Positions 52,203-61,893 of a stretch of DNA of 64,000 nt are shown piece by piece. Below the pieces are notes generated by a model that was not told the origin of the DNA, ran no database searches, and was given only the letters and a program-made list of their open reading frames with translations. Position 1 is the stretch's first letter. Each line of letters starts with the position of its first letter. This DNA is from an uncultured archaeon (GTDB taxonomy: Archaea; Aenigmatarchaeota; Aenigmatarchaeia; CG10238-14; SCSR01): the NCBI GenBank assembly GCA_964372485.1, contig CAYJQI010000001.1, positions 523,714 to 587,713 of the forward strand. Direction: 5' to 3'. The translations under genes were made by a program, and so were the position numbers.

Positions 52203-53141
52203 TTTCACAATTTGTTCAAAATTTAACATTGGTATTTCAAATCTATCTGTATCATCTGTTCCAACTCGTGGACACATTGTATTAACAATAAAATCTAACT
52301 TTAATCCCATTATTTTTTCTTGTGTTATCTCATCTCCCGCCAAAATATATGCTTCCTTCTTCAATTTCTTCTCCAAGTAATTCTTGATTGAATATGGCAG
52401 AACCATCTGTCCCTTCTTGAATGATACAAGGATTCCAATTCTTTTCGCATCCTTAAATGCAGATTTATTCCATGCGATTATTTTCTGTATTCGTTTCTTC
52501 TCGTATGCAATATCGGTAATTCCTTTTCTTTCAACATCAAGTGTAAGCATTGGTTTGTCTGTATTCAGAATTAATCCTATTCCATAGAATTTCGCAGCGG
52601 ATACACACAAGAACGCATCAACTTTATCCTCGATTTCTTTACCAGATTTCAATCTACAACCCAGAATCTGTCCTGGATATTTCACACCTTCGACTTCGGC
52701 AACAAAAACTTTCTTACCTTTCTTCTCAAGATACTTTTTTACTTCCGGAACTTTGTCCATGTATTGAAGTGACCCAACAAGACCGATCTTTTTGTAATTA
52801 TCAAGTTTACTGAATTCCTTTTCGAGAATAGTTACAGGATCTGAATCAATAAAATATTCCCAATACACAACAGGTACGTCAGACTTTACTCCAAAATCAA
52901 CATGTCCGACATGTAAGATAGCATCGCATTGTAATCTTTGAGCTTCAACATCTCTTACATCACATGCTCCATAAGTTGATTCTATGCACAATATTGATGT
53001 AATTCCTTCCTTATCCAATCTTCTCGACACTTCCTGTATCTGATCATTCTTCAATCCTAATGGAAACTGAACAAATACCCTCTTTGCTTTTAGTTTCTTC
53101 AACTGTTCAATTATTTCTTGAAATCCTTTCATCTGCATCAC
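52191..53141 (-). CDS. dph2: 2-(3-amino-3-carboxypropyl)histidine synthase (diphthamide synthesis, Dph2)
   Basis: RVFVQFPLGLK, YGACDV, CDAILHVGH, PGQILGC, VSFKKGQ and CPRV blocks match archaeal Dph2 as I recall the Pyrococcus enzyme. Confidence 0.85.
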   Translation of the reverse strand: MMQMKGFQEIIEQLKKLKAKRVFVQFPLGLKNDQIQEVSRRLDKEGITSILCIESTYGACDVRDVEAQRLQCDAILHVGHVDFGVKSDVPVVYWEYFIDSDPVTILEKEFSKLDNYKKIGLVGSLQYMDKVPEVKKYLEKKGKKVFVAEVEGVKYPGQILGCRLKSGKEIEDKVDAFLCVSAAKFYGIGLILNTDKPMLTLDVERKGITDIAYEKKRIQKIIAWNKSAFKDAKRIGILVSFKKGQMVLPYSIKNYLEKKLKKEAYILAGDEITQEKIMGLKLDFIVNTMCPRVGTDDTDRFEIPMLNFEQIVKSSS

Positions 53142-53228
53142 ATTAAATCTGAGTTGTTAGTTTTAAAACATTATCATTACCTTTCAGATTCCTATTAATA
53201 ATTTGAGTTAGATATATCAAAAGATCCC

Positions 53229-54530
53229 ATGAAAGTTTGTGTAATTGGTTCCGGGGGAAGAGAACATTCTCTTGGAAGAAAAATTTCTCAAAGCTCTAGA
53301 GTCGATTCACTTTATTTCGCGCCGGGAAATGGCGGAACTGCTTCACTAGGTACGAATATTCCAATTTCTGTAAATGATTCTGATGGGATTCAGGCGTTGA
53401 AGCGAGAGTTGAAGAGGCGAAAATTCACTGAAAATGACTTGATAATTGTGGGGCCAGAAAAACCTTTAGCTGCTGGTATAGTTGATGAACTACAAGGATT
53501 GAGAGTGTATGGCCCAAATAAAAGAGCTGCACAAATAGAATCGAGCAAAACATGGGCATTACAATTAATGAAAGATTATGAGATTCCAGGACTTGTACCA
53601 TTTGTCCCGTTTGGATACAATACCCGTGAGAGATCATTTAGAAATGTAGTAGAATATATTCAACAATCAAATCTTTCCGAATTCGTCGTAAAGGCAGATG
53701 GACTAGCTGCAGGCAAAGGAGTGTTTATCTGTGATAGTAAAGAAGAAGCAATAGAAGCTGCTCGAAAGATGATGATTTCAAGAAAATTGGGCGATGCCGG
53801 TAGAAGAATAGTTATTCAAAGAAGATTATATGGAAGTGAATTAACACATACCGCTATAACAGATGGTAGAACTTCTAGGGAACTGGAAACTGCCAAAGAT
53901 CATAAAAAACGTTTCGATGGAGATAAGGGTCCAAATACAGGAGGGATGGGTGCTTATTCACCAACCGATATACCACATGATCAAATTAATCGAATTCAAA
54001 ATGGGATAGTTAGACCAACTCTAGCAGCATTGAATGCTGAAGGCATTGTTTATAAAGGAACGTTGTATGTTGGACTTATGCTAACTGCTGAAGGATGGTA
54101 TGTTCTAGAATTTAATGCAAGGTTAGGAGATCCTGAAGCAAGTGTTATACTACCGAGAATGAAATCCGACATTGTATCTTATCTTGAAGCGTGTGTTAAT
54201 GGAAATCTAAGGTATCTACCTGAAATTGAATGGGATTCAAGGCATGCGGTGTGTGTTGAAATTGTTCATAGAGGATATCCAGAAAGATCTGGAAGAGGTC
54301 AGGAAATAACTGGACTCCAAGAATTAGAAAAAATGAATGATGTCTATGTCGATCATTGTGGAACTTTTCAACAAAAGGGTAAAGTTTATACTAATGGTGG
54401 AAGAATTGTTAGTGTAACTGCTCTGGGATCTAATCGGAAAGAAGCGCGAAGGAGAGTGTACGAAGTTTTACCACTCATTCATTTTAACGATATGGATTAC
54501 AGAACAGACATTGCTCGTACGGGACATTAA
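53229..54530 (+). CDS. purD: Phosphoribosylamine-glycine ligase
   Basis: MKVCVIGSGGREHSL N-terminus, ATP-grasp core (VVKADGLAAGKGV, GPNTGGMGAYSP) and C-terminal GGRIVSVTALG. Confidence 0.9.
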   Translation: MKVCVIGSGGREHSLGRKISQSSRVDSLYFAPGNGGTASLGTNIPISVNDSDGIQALKRELKRRKFTENDLIIVGPEKPLAAGIVDELQGLRVYGPNKRAAQIESSKTWALQLMKDYEIPGLVPFVPFGYNTRERSFRNVVEYIQQSNLSEFVVKADGLAAGKGVFICDSKEEAIEAARKMMISRKLGDAGRRIVIQRRLYGSELTHTAITDGRTSRELETAKDHKKRFDGDKGPNTGGMGAYSPTDIPHDQINRIQNGIVRPTLAALNAEGIVYKGTLYVGLMLTAEGWYVLEFNARLGDPEASVILPRMKSDIVSYLEACVNGNLRYLPEIEWDSRHAVCVEIVHRGYPERSGRGQEITGLQELEKMNDVYVDHCGTFQQKGKVYTNGGRIVSVTALGSNRKEARRRVYEVLPLIHFNDMDYRTDIARTGH

Positions 54531-54554
54531 TTAAACAAAAGCCATTTTTAATTA

Positions 54555-55808
54555 ATGGGATTGAAAAATTCGTTTATACTGATATCACCTATTTTTATAA
54601 TTCTCCTAAGTGGATGCACTACAGAAAATGTCGATACGAATGAACCTAATACAATAATTGAAAATAAATCAGTAATCGATACACAAGAAATAAACCAATC
54701 ATTAGGTAGTATTTGTTCTGGTGAACTGGAATGTATATCATACTGCCAAATCAATCGGGAAGAATGTGAAAATTACTGCAATAGAGAACAAAATAAATTC
54801 TGTCCGATTGCACTCACTCAAGATCCTATCGACAGGATATGGGAAAAGAGATGTACAAATAATTCAAATCCTAGCTTCACTGAACCTTTCACAGAGAATG
54901 AAAAAATTCTTAGTGTTTCGCCTCTCGGAGGAGCGTCTTTCCCCAATCCAGGTTCCTCAATGCGGAGCTATATTTCAATGAAACGTGAAGAAGTTGGCGC
55001 ACCTATGATCCCAGTGTACGCTCCTGTAGAGTCGTATCTCCTAATAATAGTATATGCAGATCGTCATTTTGAAGAGGGTGTGCGCGCAGAGTATCGTCTA
55101 GATTTCCAAGTCAGTTGCGAGGTCACATACTCATTTGATCATCTGGCTGAAGTTTCCGACAAAGTGAAAAAATTTGCACCCAAGACCTCTGCAGATACAA
55201 CTGGATACAAGACAGCTCCTTCTGTGTTAGTGTACATTCCCATTAGTGCAGGTGAGTTAGTTGGATATACTAACAGAAATACGATAGCCAATAACTGGGA
55301 TTTTCTGGTGGTAAACAAGATAATTAATAGAACATTCATCAATCCCAGCAGATGGGTAGCTGATCACTCACTATACGGTACCTGTCCTTACGACTACTAT
55401 ACTGAAGATTTGAAAAACTTTTATTATTCACTTCTCAACGAATTGCATCCCAGCCAACCAAAATGCGGCGATACGATAAAGGAAATACGCGGTACACTTG
55501 CAGGCGCATGGTTCCAGGGAGACGCAAATGAAAACAAAGGTTCGAGAATGTCTTTGCAAGCCAATGTTCAAGTTCTTGTAATCGACATTATAAGAGAAAA
55601 TGGGGAAAGATTCAACCTTCGCGATACTTCTGGCGGGAAAATACTACCAGAGGATATAAGTGTTGGTGAAAATGTTTGTTATCACGATAATCAGAAAAAT
55701 GTTTTCGCATTCTTCAAATTAATATCGGAAACAGAAATGAAGCTGGTGACCGGCAACGGTTCATGTCCATCAAGTTTTCCTTCCGGCGAAGAGACATGGA
55801 TAAGATAA
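54555..55808 (+). CDS. Secreted lipoprotein-like protein with Cys-rich N-terminal segment, unknown family
   Basis: Signal peptide ending LLSGC, then CSGELECISYCQINREECENYCNREQNKFC. The remainder is unrecognised. Confidence 0.55.
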   Translation: MGLKNSFILISPIFIILLSGCTTENVDTNEPNTIIENKSVIDTQEINQSLGSICSGELECISYCQINREECENYCNREQNKFCPIALTQDPIDRIWEKRCTNNSNPSFTEPFTENEKILSVSPLGGASFPNPGSSMRSYISMKREEVGAPMIPVYAPVESYLLIIVYADRHFEEGVRAEYRLDFQVSCEVTYSFDHLAEVSDKVKKFAPKTSADTTGYKTAPSVLVYIPISAGELVGYTNRNTIANNWDFLVVNKIINRTFINPSRWVADHSLYGTCPYDYYTEDLKNFYYSLLNELHPSQPKCGDTIKEIRGTLAGAWFQGDANENKGSRMSLQANVQVLVIDIIRENGERFNLRDTSGGKILPEDISVGENVCYHDNQKNVFAFFKLISETEMKLVTGNGSCPSSFPSGEETWIR

Positions 55809-55847
55809 ATACATTTCTAATTTAACTTCCCATATTAATTTACAATA

Positions 55848-56360
55848 ATGAAGAAATTTGAAAAAGCAACTCTTGCAGCAGGATGTTTTTGGTGTGTTGA
55901 AGCTGTTTTCCAAAGACTAAAAGGAGTGGAATCAGTAATTCCCGGATATACAGGAGGTAAAACTCCAAATCCAACATATGATCAAGTATGTGGCGGAAAT
56001 ACAGGTCATGCTGAAGCAGCACAGATAACATTTGATCCAAAAAAATTAACTTTTGAAAAATTATTGGATACTTTCTGGAAAGCACACGATCCCACTTCAT
56101 TAAACAGACAAGAAGCAGATGTCGGTGAACAATATCGATCCGCAATATTTTACCATGACGAAAAACAGAAGAAAATCGCAGAGAAATCCAAAGAAAAAGA
56201 ACAAAAATTATTTGACAAACAGATTGTTACAGAAATAGTTCCATTAAAAAAATTCTACGAAGCAGAAGATTATCATAAGAATTACTATAACAGAAACAAA
56301 TTAAATCCTTATTGTCTGCTTATTATTCGACCGAAATTGAAAAAGTTAAAACTCGATTAA
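55848..56360 (+). CDS. msrA: Peptide methionine (S)-S-oxide reductase
   Basis: ATLAAGCFWCVEAVF active-site motif, plus GHAEA.QI.FDP and DPT..NRQ..D.G.QYRS blocks. Confidence 0.9.
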   Translation: MKKFEKATLAAGCFWCVEAVFQRLKGVESVIPGYTGGKTPNPTYDQVCGGNTGHAEAAQITFDPKKLTFEKLLDTFWKAHDPTSLNRQEADVGEQYRSAIFYHDEKQKKIAEKSKEKEQKLFDKQIVTEIVPLKKFYEAEDYHKNYYNRNKLNPYCLLIIRPKLKKLKLD

Positions 56361-56998
56361 CCAAAAATATCTGCCAATAATCTAGGAATCAATAGGATGA
56401 GAATGATTACAATTATAAACAGTACCAATCTCTCCATTCTTTTCTCTCCAAACACAAGTCCGAAAATTAATCCAGCTAACATTCCAAATAGATGAGCTGG
56501 ATAGGCAACTCCAGTTACCGCGAAGAGCGAGGTTAATGTCGAAATTAGGTATATCGCACCCGCAATTACGAAAGGAATCGGTAACAAAATAGGAAATGAT
56601 ACAAAACTATTAGGATTCAAAAATATTCCTAGACCAATTATAGCGGAGATTGCACCAGATGCACCAACAAGTATAGTCTCTTCTGAATAACCAAAGATTG
56701 GCACAAATATCGAAAGTGAAGCAATAATACCTCCTACAAAATATGCAAGTAAAAATTTCCCAGCACCTTTACTCTCAACACTTCCTCCAAGAACTAAAAG
56801 TGCAAACATGTTTGACAATAAATGAAGAAGATTGGCATGAATGAACATTGATGTTAAAAGTGTGTAATATCTGCCTTCGTTAATTGCATTAATACTCACA
56901 CCAAATTCTCCGATAAAGTAATTTAAATTGGGTGCACCAACAAAAAATACGAATACATTCGCCAATATAAGTAATAAGGTTAACTTCATTGTTATCAA
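56357..56998 (-). CDS. Rhomboid-family intramembrane serine protease
   Basis: HANLLHLLSNM, GASGAISAIIG (catalytic Ser) and AHLFGMLAGL (catalytic His), with six TM helices. Confidence 0.85.
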   Translation of the reverse strand: MITMKLTLLLILANVFVFFVGAPNLNYFIGEFGVSINAINEGRYYTLLTSMFIHANLLHLLSNMFALLVLGGSVESKGAGKFLLAYFVGGIIASLSIFVPIFGYSEETILVGASGAISAIIGLGIFLNPNSFVSFPILLPIPFVIAGAIYLISTLTSLFAVTGVAYPAHLFGMLAGLIFGLVFGEKRMERLVLFIIVIILILLIPRLLADIFG

Positions 56999-57006
56999 TT
57001 ATTATT

Positions 57007-57249
57007 ATGACAACAGCTTCTAATGAAATCGTACGTAAGGGAAGAATATTATTTGAGATGGATAAAGTGACGAAGGAGATTGATTCCGAACGCAGAACTT
57101 ATTTTACAGTCGAAGGGGATTCTGAAGAGCATTCAGTAATTTTTGAAAAAGAAGAGAAAGAATGGAAATGTGATTGCAAATACAATTCATTGCACCAGAA
57201 GCAATGTTCGCATGTATTTGCCTGTATGTTTAAGGAGAATTTAATCTAA
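57007..57249 (+). CDS. SWIM zinc-finger protein
   Basis: WKCDCKYNSLHQKQCSHVFA fits the CxCxnCxH SWIM motif. The start is taken at ATG 57007 rather than the track TTG. Confidence 0.55.
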   Translation: MTTASNEIVRKGRILFEMDKVTKEIDSERRTYFTVEGDSEEHSVIFEKEEKEWKCDCKYNSLHQKQCSHVFACMFKENLI

Positions 57250-57350
57250 ATTATGCTCGTTTTCTTCTTTTTGCCAAAGCCAACACCTCCATGGGGATAT
57301 TCTAATATTATTTGGCTTTCAGAACATAAATATTGAGTGGTTATTTAGAA

Positions 57351-58664
57351 TTACGGTAGAACTCTCTGAACATCTCGTGGGAATAATGTTGCTTCTCTAA
57401 CATTTTCCAAATCAAGCAACCTTGCTGTAAATCTTTCAATTCCTAATGAAAATCCACCCATTGTAGGCACTCCAAATTTGAAAACATCAGTGAACCATTT
57501 CAAAGATTCAGGATTCAAACCCTTTTCTTTTATCTGTGCCATTAATTTGTCATGTCTATTCTCTCTTTGTCCACCGGATGAGAGCTCTAGTCCTTTGAAA
57601 ACAAGGTCAATGCTTCTCGCCCATTCAATTTCATTGTCAACTCTCATTACATAGAACGGTTTTATTGCAAATGGGAATCTATTCACAAAAAAGAACTCGC
57701 TTTTGTATTTTTCCTTAACATAATTTCCTAATGCTTCTTCAACATCTCTGTTAAGATCTTCACCTCGTTTGATAGGTTTGCCTAATTCTTTCAATATGTC
57801 GTATATTTTTGGAAATTGAAGTTCTGGAAATGGTGTTTTTGGTACTTTGATCTCTTTTCCAAGTAATTCCAGTTGCTCACCGCATTCTTTTTTGACTTTT
57901 TCCAGCGCATAAGCAACCATTCCCTCCTCAACTCTCATTACATCCTGTTCATCTTCGATAAATGCTATTTCTGCCGCGATGGTTCTATGTTCTGTCATGT
58001 GTCGAACAGTGTGGCTTTTCTCTGCTCTCCAGCTTGGTCCCATTTCAAATATCTTTTCCACTCCACCCGCGATCAATAATTCTCGATGAAGCTGTGGGTC
58101 CTGCCTTAAGAAAACTTGTCTATCAAAATAAACAACCGGAAATACCTCTGACCCACCTTCAGATATCCCACCAATAAGAGATGGTGTGAAAACTTTGAGG
58201 AATTTTTCACTTGATAGATATTCTTCCATTGCAGTCATTAGTTTTGATTGAATTTTGAAAATTGCCAAGTTTTCTGGAGTTCTAAGATCAACCGATCTCC
58301 AGTCCAATCTCGTATCAAGGTTAGTTTTAGTCACTTTTCTCGGATCAAGTGGAAGAATTGGTTCTGATGGATATAAAATCTCTATCTTTTCTGGAATAAT
58401 TTCCAATCCTGATTTAGTCTTTGTAGTTTCTTTCACAGTTCCTTTGACAGCTATGACATCTTCGTTATGCAATTTTTCAATTTTTTTCAAGATTTCAGGA
58501 GGCGCCTTATTTTTCATCACAGTTACTTGAATAATTCCATCAAAATCTCGCAACAAAAGAAAATTTATTCCACCCATGAGTCTAACATCATGGCACCATC
58601 CCTGAACAACAACATCCTTTCCGATAGATTTCTTCAATTCTCCAGTATAATGAGTTCTTTTCAT
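57351..58664 (-). CDS. aspS: Aspartyl-tRNA synthetase, archaeal type
   Basis: 437 aa with an N-terminal OB fold, class II motifs (FRQDPQLHRE; GPSWRAEKSHT.RH..E; GGFSLGIERF) and a C-terminal LFPRD. Confidence 0.9.
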   Translation of the reverse strand: MKRTHYTGELKKSIGKDVVVQGWCHDVRLMGGINFLLLRDFDGIIQVTVMKNKAPPEILKKIEKLHNEDVIAVKGTVKETTKTKSGLEIIPEKIEILYPSEPILPLDPRKVTKTNLDTRLDWRSVDLRTPENLAIFKIQSKLMTAMEEYLSSEKFLKVFTPSLIGGISEGGSEVFPVVYFDRQVFLRQDPQLHRELLIAGGVEKIFEMGPSWRAEKSHTVRHMTEHRTIAAEIAFIEDEQDVMRVEEGMVAYALEKVKKECGEQLELLGKEIKVPKTPFPELQFPKIYDILKELGKPIKRGEDLNRDVEEALGNYVKEKYKSEFFFVNRFPFAIKPFYVMRVDNEIEWARSIDLVFKGLELSSGGQRENRHDKLMAQIKEKGLNPESLKWFTDVFKFGVPTMGGFSLGIERFTARLLDLENVREATLFPRDVQRVLP

Positions 58665-58668
58665 TTTA

Positions 58669-58908
58669 TCACAAATTGTATATGAAAATCCAGGTTACAA
58701 GCCACACCAAAATGAAGGTGACCAGTGTGTTTGTTATATACCATGAAGTTTTCTTATCTCTAGCCATTTTTCTGAACACAAAGAAAGATACTGCGTATAA
58801 TATTGCTGCAACTCCGACAATAATTGATACATCCAAGAAAAGTGAAACCACTCCCATGAAAATTCCGAGCGTGAAATAAATAAAGGTTAGTGTTCTTTCA
58901 GTATTCAT
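58669..58908 (-). CDS. Small two/three-TM membrane protein
   Basis: 79 aa, hydrophobic. 4-nt overlap with the upstream rnhB stop. Confidence 0.4.
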   Translation of the reverse strand: MNTERTLTFIYFTLGIFMGVVSLFLDVSIIVGVAAILYAVSFFVFRKMARDKKTSWYITNTLVTFILVWLVTWIFIYNL

Positions 58909-59612
58909 TCCAATTCCCCTATTTTTTCATTAGTTCTTTTAAGCATAAAGTCCATCACTTTCTTCTGCCAGGATTTTTCCTGTAGTAATTCAGTTGTTAC
59001 CCAAGATTTTCTTATATAATCTGGAAGTTGTTTACCATTAGTTTCTTTTATTATCTTTTCAAGAAACTGTATTGTCAGTTGATCATGTGGATACCCTACA
59101 CCAAAATCAACACCGACTTGCTGTTTTAATTCTTCAATTTCCTTATCTCGTTCTACCTTTGCTACAATTGATGCTGCGGATACAGCTGTATTTGATTCAT
59201 CCATGTAATTTTCAACTATCAGTTCAATACCTTTGTTCTTAACAAATTTCTCAATTAAACTTTTAAATCGTGGTGGATTATGGGTTAGAGAATCGACATA
59301 AACTTTCCCACTGCTTTTGAAGTCAATTATCTCTGCCATTTTCATAGCTTCAATTCTATCAAGATTAATTCCCATTTTTCTATAACTGTCTATTTTGCAT
59401 GGTCCGACTTTGAGAACAAAAATATCTTTCGCAACCTTTTCAATTTCTCGGTAAAGCTCCACTCTTTTTGCAGGTGGAACCTCCTTAGAATCTTTTACAC
59501 CTAAAACTTTGAGCTTTTTTGCAGATTTTTCCTCTAACGTTACTCCTGCAACTACCATAGGACCGATTACGGCACCCCGCCCGGCTTCATCGATACCGGT
59601 GAACAATTCCAT
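58905..59612 (-). CDS. rnhB: Ribonuclease HII
   Basis: From the internal Met: MELFTGIDEAGRGAVIGPMVVAG, the RNase HII catalytic DEAGRG. The track N-terminal extension to 59780 overlaps the divergent gene and is discounted. Confidence 0.85.
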   Translation of the reverse strand: MELFTGIDEAGRGAVIGPMVVAGVTLEEKSAKKLKVLGVKDSKEVPPAKRVELYREIEKVAKDIFVLKVGPCKIDSYRKMGINLDRIEAMKMAEIIDFKSSGKVYVDSLTHNPPRFKSLIEKFVKNKGIELIVENYMDESNTAVSAASIVAKVERDKEIEELKQQVGVDFGVGYPHDQLTIQFLEKIIKETNGKQLPDYIRKSWVTTELLQEKSWQKKVMDFMLKRTNEKIGELE

Positions 59613-59650
59613 AAACCTGTTTATATTTTCAATTTTATTAAGTTGTTCTA

Positions 59651-60127
59651 ATGTTGATAGAAGAAATCGAAAATCAGTTAAGAAAAGGCAAGAACATCGA
59701 AGATGTACTTGAAAAATATGATTGGAAAAAGTTTGAAAGTGTGATTGCAGAAATTTTTCAAGAAAATGGTTTTCATACACGACAAAATTTCAGATTCAAA
59801 ACCAAGAGACGGTATGAAATTGATGTCATTGCCGTCAAAAATAACAAAATATTTTGCATCGACTGTAAATGGTGGGGAAGAGGTAGATATAAGAAAACTG
59901 GGTTTAGACAAGCAATTATTTCACAAGAAGGAAGGGTTAAAGAACTACAGAAATTTCTTCGAAAGAATCCCATAGCTTGTAATTTATTGAAAATTATGCC
60001 CTGCTATATGATGCATCCGCTTCTAGTCACATTACATGAAGAAGATATAATAAAAGAAAGAGACACGTTTCTAGTGCCCGCATGGAAACTTAATAATTTT
60101 GTTGTAGATATGCACAACTATTTCTAG
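59651..60127 (+). CDS. PD-(D/E)xK nuclease-fold protein (Mrr-cat/Hjc-like)
   Basis: FESVIAEIFQENGFHT ... YEIDVIAVKNNKIFCIDCKWW fits the D-x(n)-(D/E)-x-K restriction-endonuclease-like core. Confidence 0.5.
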   Translation: MLIEEIENQLRKGKNIEDVLEKYDWKKFESVIAEIFQENGFHTRQNFRFKTKRRYEIDVIAVKNNKIFCIDCKWWGRGRYKKTGFRQAIISQEGRVKELQKFLRKNPIACNLLKIMPCYMMHPLLVTLHEEDIIKERDTFLVPAWKLNNFVVDMHNYF

Positions 60128-60450
60128 AATTCTTTCGGATATATGAATTCAGGAAATTCCTTTTTAAAAATGCGAGCATAACTACCTGTAATGTAGAGAT
60201 TAATGGAAGAAAATTTTGAACCTCGGGGATTTATATCAGTTTCAGGTATTTTTATGCGAAATCCACCTGGATACGACTCAAACTCTCTGATTTTTCTATT
60301 AGTTGCATATTTTTGCAGAATCTTATAAGCCCTCACATGTCCGAAACTGCACATATCTTTCCAATATTCGGGAAAAAGCGATCGCGAGATTTCATCTACA
60401 TCCGTTCCGGTCACTTCTGCCAAATGCTTGAAAAACAATTCTGTGTTCAC
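60124..60450 (-). CDS. Hypothetical protein (108 aa)
   Basis: ORF with no competing feature. No motif recognised. Confidence 0.35.
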   Translation of the reverse strand: MNTELFFKHLAEVTGTDVDEISRSLFPEYWKDMCSFGHVRAYKILQKYATNRKIREFESYPGGFRIKIPETDINPRGSKFSSINLYITGSYARIFKKEFPEFIYPKEF

Positions 60451-60615
60451 GGCAACTTCTAAAAAATGATGATTGTAACAATTAAAACATATGAAGAATA
60501 CCTCCTAAGACAAAATTCTGCATTTGTAATGCATATATGGAATTAGATTATTTTATCCAAGATGGACTTTTAAAATGAATACCATCATGTTTTAAAGTCT
60601 ACAGTCTAATAGGAA

Positions 60616-61161
60616 TTGATAAAAATGGCTATTGTGGAAGTTCCGGAACCAACTAGTGAATGGAGGGTTATATTTGCCGACGGTTATTTTGACAACACCC
60701 GATTATCCGATTCGAGAAGAACATTGATAGAAAGAGAATATCCATTAAGAGAAAGTGAACGTATGGAAACTCTTGTGCTTGCAGCAGAAATATTGCTTCT
60801 TCCTCGCTTAGTTAAGAATGATGGTTATTTCGATGCTTTTTTGATCAGACCAAATGAAAGAAAACATTCTCTTAAAATTAGTCAAGGAATAATAGATGCA
60901 TTTGATACGGCTCAACCAAAAGATGATTATGTTATGCTGTGTCTTGTTGAAGAGAAACCAATTCAAACGACTAGATCCTATAAACCATATTTAGAGTCTA
61001 TTGGCTTGCATCTACGAGATGCAAAATCATATGCTAGCTATAGAGATTTCCGGGAAGCTTGTAGAAAACTGGGTGAAAAAATCATAGTGCCATATGTAGC
61101 ACCGTGTATAATTGCTGAAAGAATCATGCAAAAAGAAGGTTTCGATGTTATATTACCATAA
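60616..61161 (+). CDS. Hypothetical protein (181 aa)
   Basis: ORF with no competing feature. No motif recognised. Confidence 0.4.
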   Translation: MIKMAIVEVPEPTSEWRVIFADGYFDNTRLSDSRRTLIEREYPLRESERMETLVLAAEILLLPRLVKNDGYFDAFLIRPNERKHSLKISQGIIDAFDTAQPKDDYVMLCLVEEKPIQTTRSYKPYLESIGLHLRDAKSYASYRDFREACRKLGEKIIVPYVAPCIIAERIMQKEGFDVILP

Positions 61162-61256
61162 TAATTTTTCCCAAAAATGTAATTACATTTGATTATTTAA
61201 CCTTTGCGAAAGGGATATAAAAGACTTTAAATACTTATCGGTTAATAATATATCTA

Positions 61257-61817
61257 ATGCCTAAAGATTTTAAGATTCGTGTTGAAAATATCGTTGCTTC
61301 TGCGACATTGAACGTAATAATTCCTTTGGAAAAAATCGTTTCAAAATTAGAAGGAATGGAATACGAACCAGAGCAGTTTCCAGGTTTAGTATACAGAATG
61401 GAAAAACCAAAGGCTGCTGCATTAATTTTCGGTTCTGGTAAAATTGTCTGTACAGGCGCACGAAGTGTTTCTGATGTTAAAGAAGTTTTCAAAAAAGTAA
61501 TAACTATTGTTCAATCAGTTCGTGTAAAGGTTCCGAAAAATTACAAGACACAAATAGAAAATATTGTTGCAAGTGCCAAGTTGGATGCAAAATTAAATCT
61601 TGATGGAATTGCTTTTGAGCTTGAAAATTCCGAATACGAACCAGAACAGTTTCCAGGTTTGGTATATAGAATGACTGAGCCTAAAGTAGCATTCTTGTTA
61701 TTTGGTTCAGGTAAGGTTGTATGCACTGGTGGAAGAAGTGTAAATGATGTCAAGATCGCTGTAGAAAAATTAAATATTCGACTACGAAGACTAAAAGGCG
61801 CAATGACAAAAGAGTAA
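61257..61817 (+). CDS. tbp: TATA-box binding protein
   Basis: Two direct repeats: ENIVASA...EYEPEQFPGLVYRM..PK.A.L.FGSGK.VCTG..S occurs twice. Confidence 0.95.
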   Translation: MPKDFKIRVENIVASATLNVIIPLEKIVSKLEGMEYEPEQFPGLVYRMEKPKAAALIFGSGKIVCTGARSVSDVKEVFKKVITIVQSVRVKVPKNYKTQIENIVASAKLDAKLNLDGIAFELENSEYEPEQFPGLVYRMTEPKVAFLLFGSGKVVCTGGRSVNDVKIAVEKLNIRLRRLKGAMTKE

Positions 61818-61893
61818 TTGCCCAACTCAAAATTAATTCTGAAACATTTCAAAATTGAGAAACAGATTTATATCTACAAGAATATTGCTATTC

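Noticed and set aside
57265-57330. Inverted repeat AAAGCCAA ... TTGGCTTT between the SWIM gene and aspS as a structured RNA
   Set aside because: It lies between convergent genes with adjacent T-runs, so it is most simply a shared termination region. There is no further structure.
59613-59780. 56-codon N-terminal extension of RNase HII; likewise 61855-61893 (mcm), 34200-34223 (ftsZ), 32814-32921 (Cys/His-rich paralogue) and 8866-8925 (archease)
   Set aside because: Family N-termini or signal peptides begin at internal Met codons. The extensions overlap neighbouring genes or promoters and look non-protein-like.
60451-60615. C/D-box sRNA (ATGATGA at about 60465) in the intergenic region
   Set aside because: No CTGA D box lies at a suitable distance, there is no terminal stem, and C'/D' elements are only vaguely present.
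7887-61161. Impression that the unrecognised ORFs (7887, 23154, 28274, 30847, 44781, 51717, 60616) use more CGN arginine codons than housekeeping genes, hinting at a shared foreign origin
   Set aside because: Spot checks showed CGN codons in mcm and other core genes too. This needs a proper codon-usage or k-mer computation, which I cannot do by eye.
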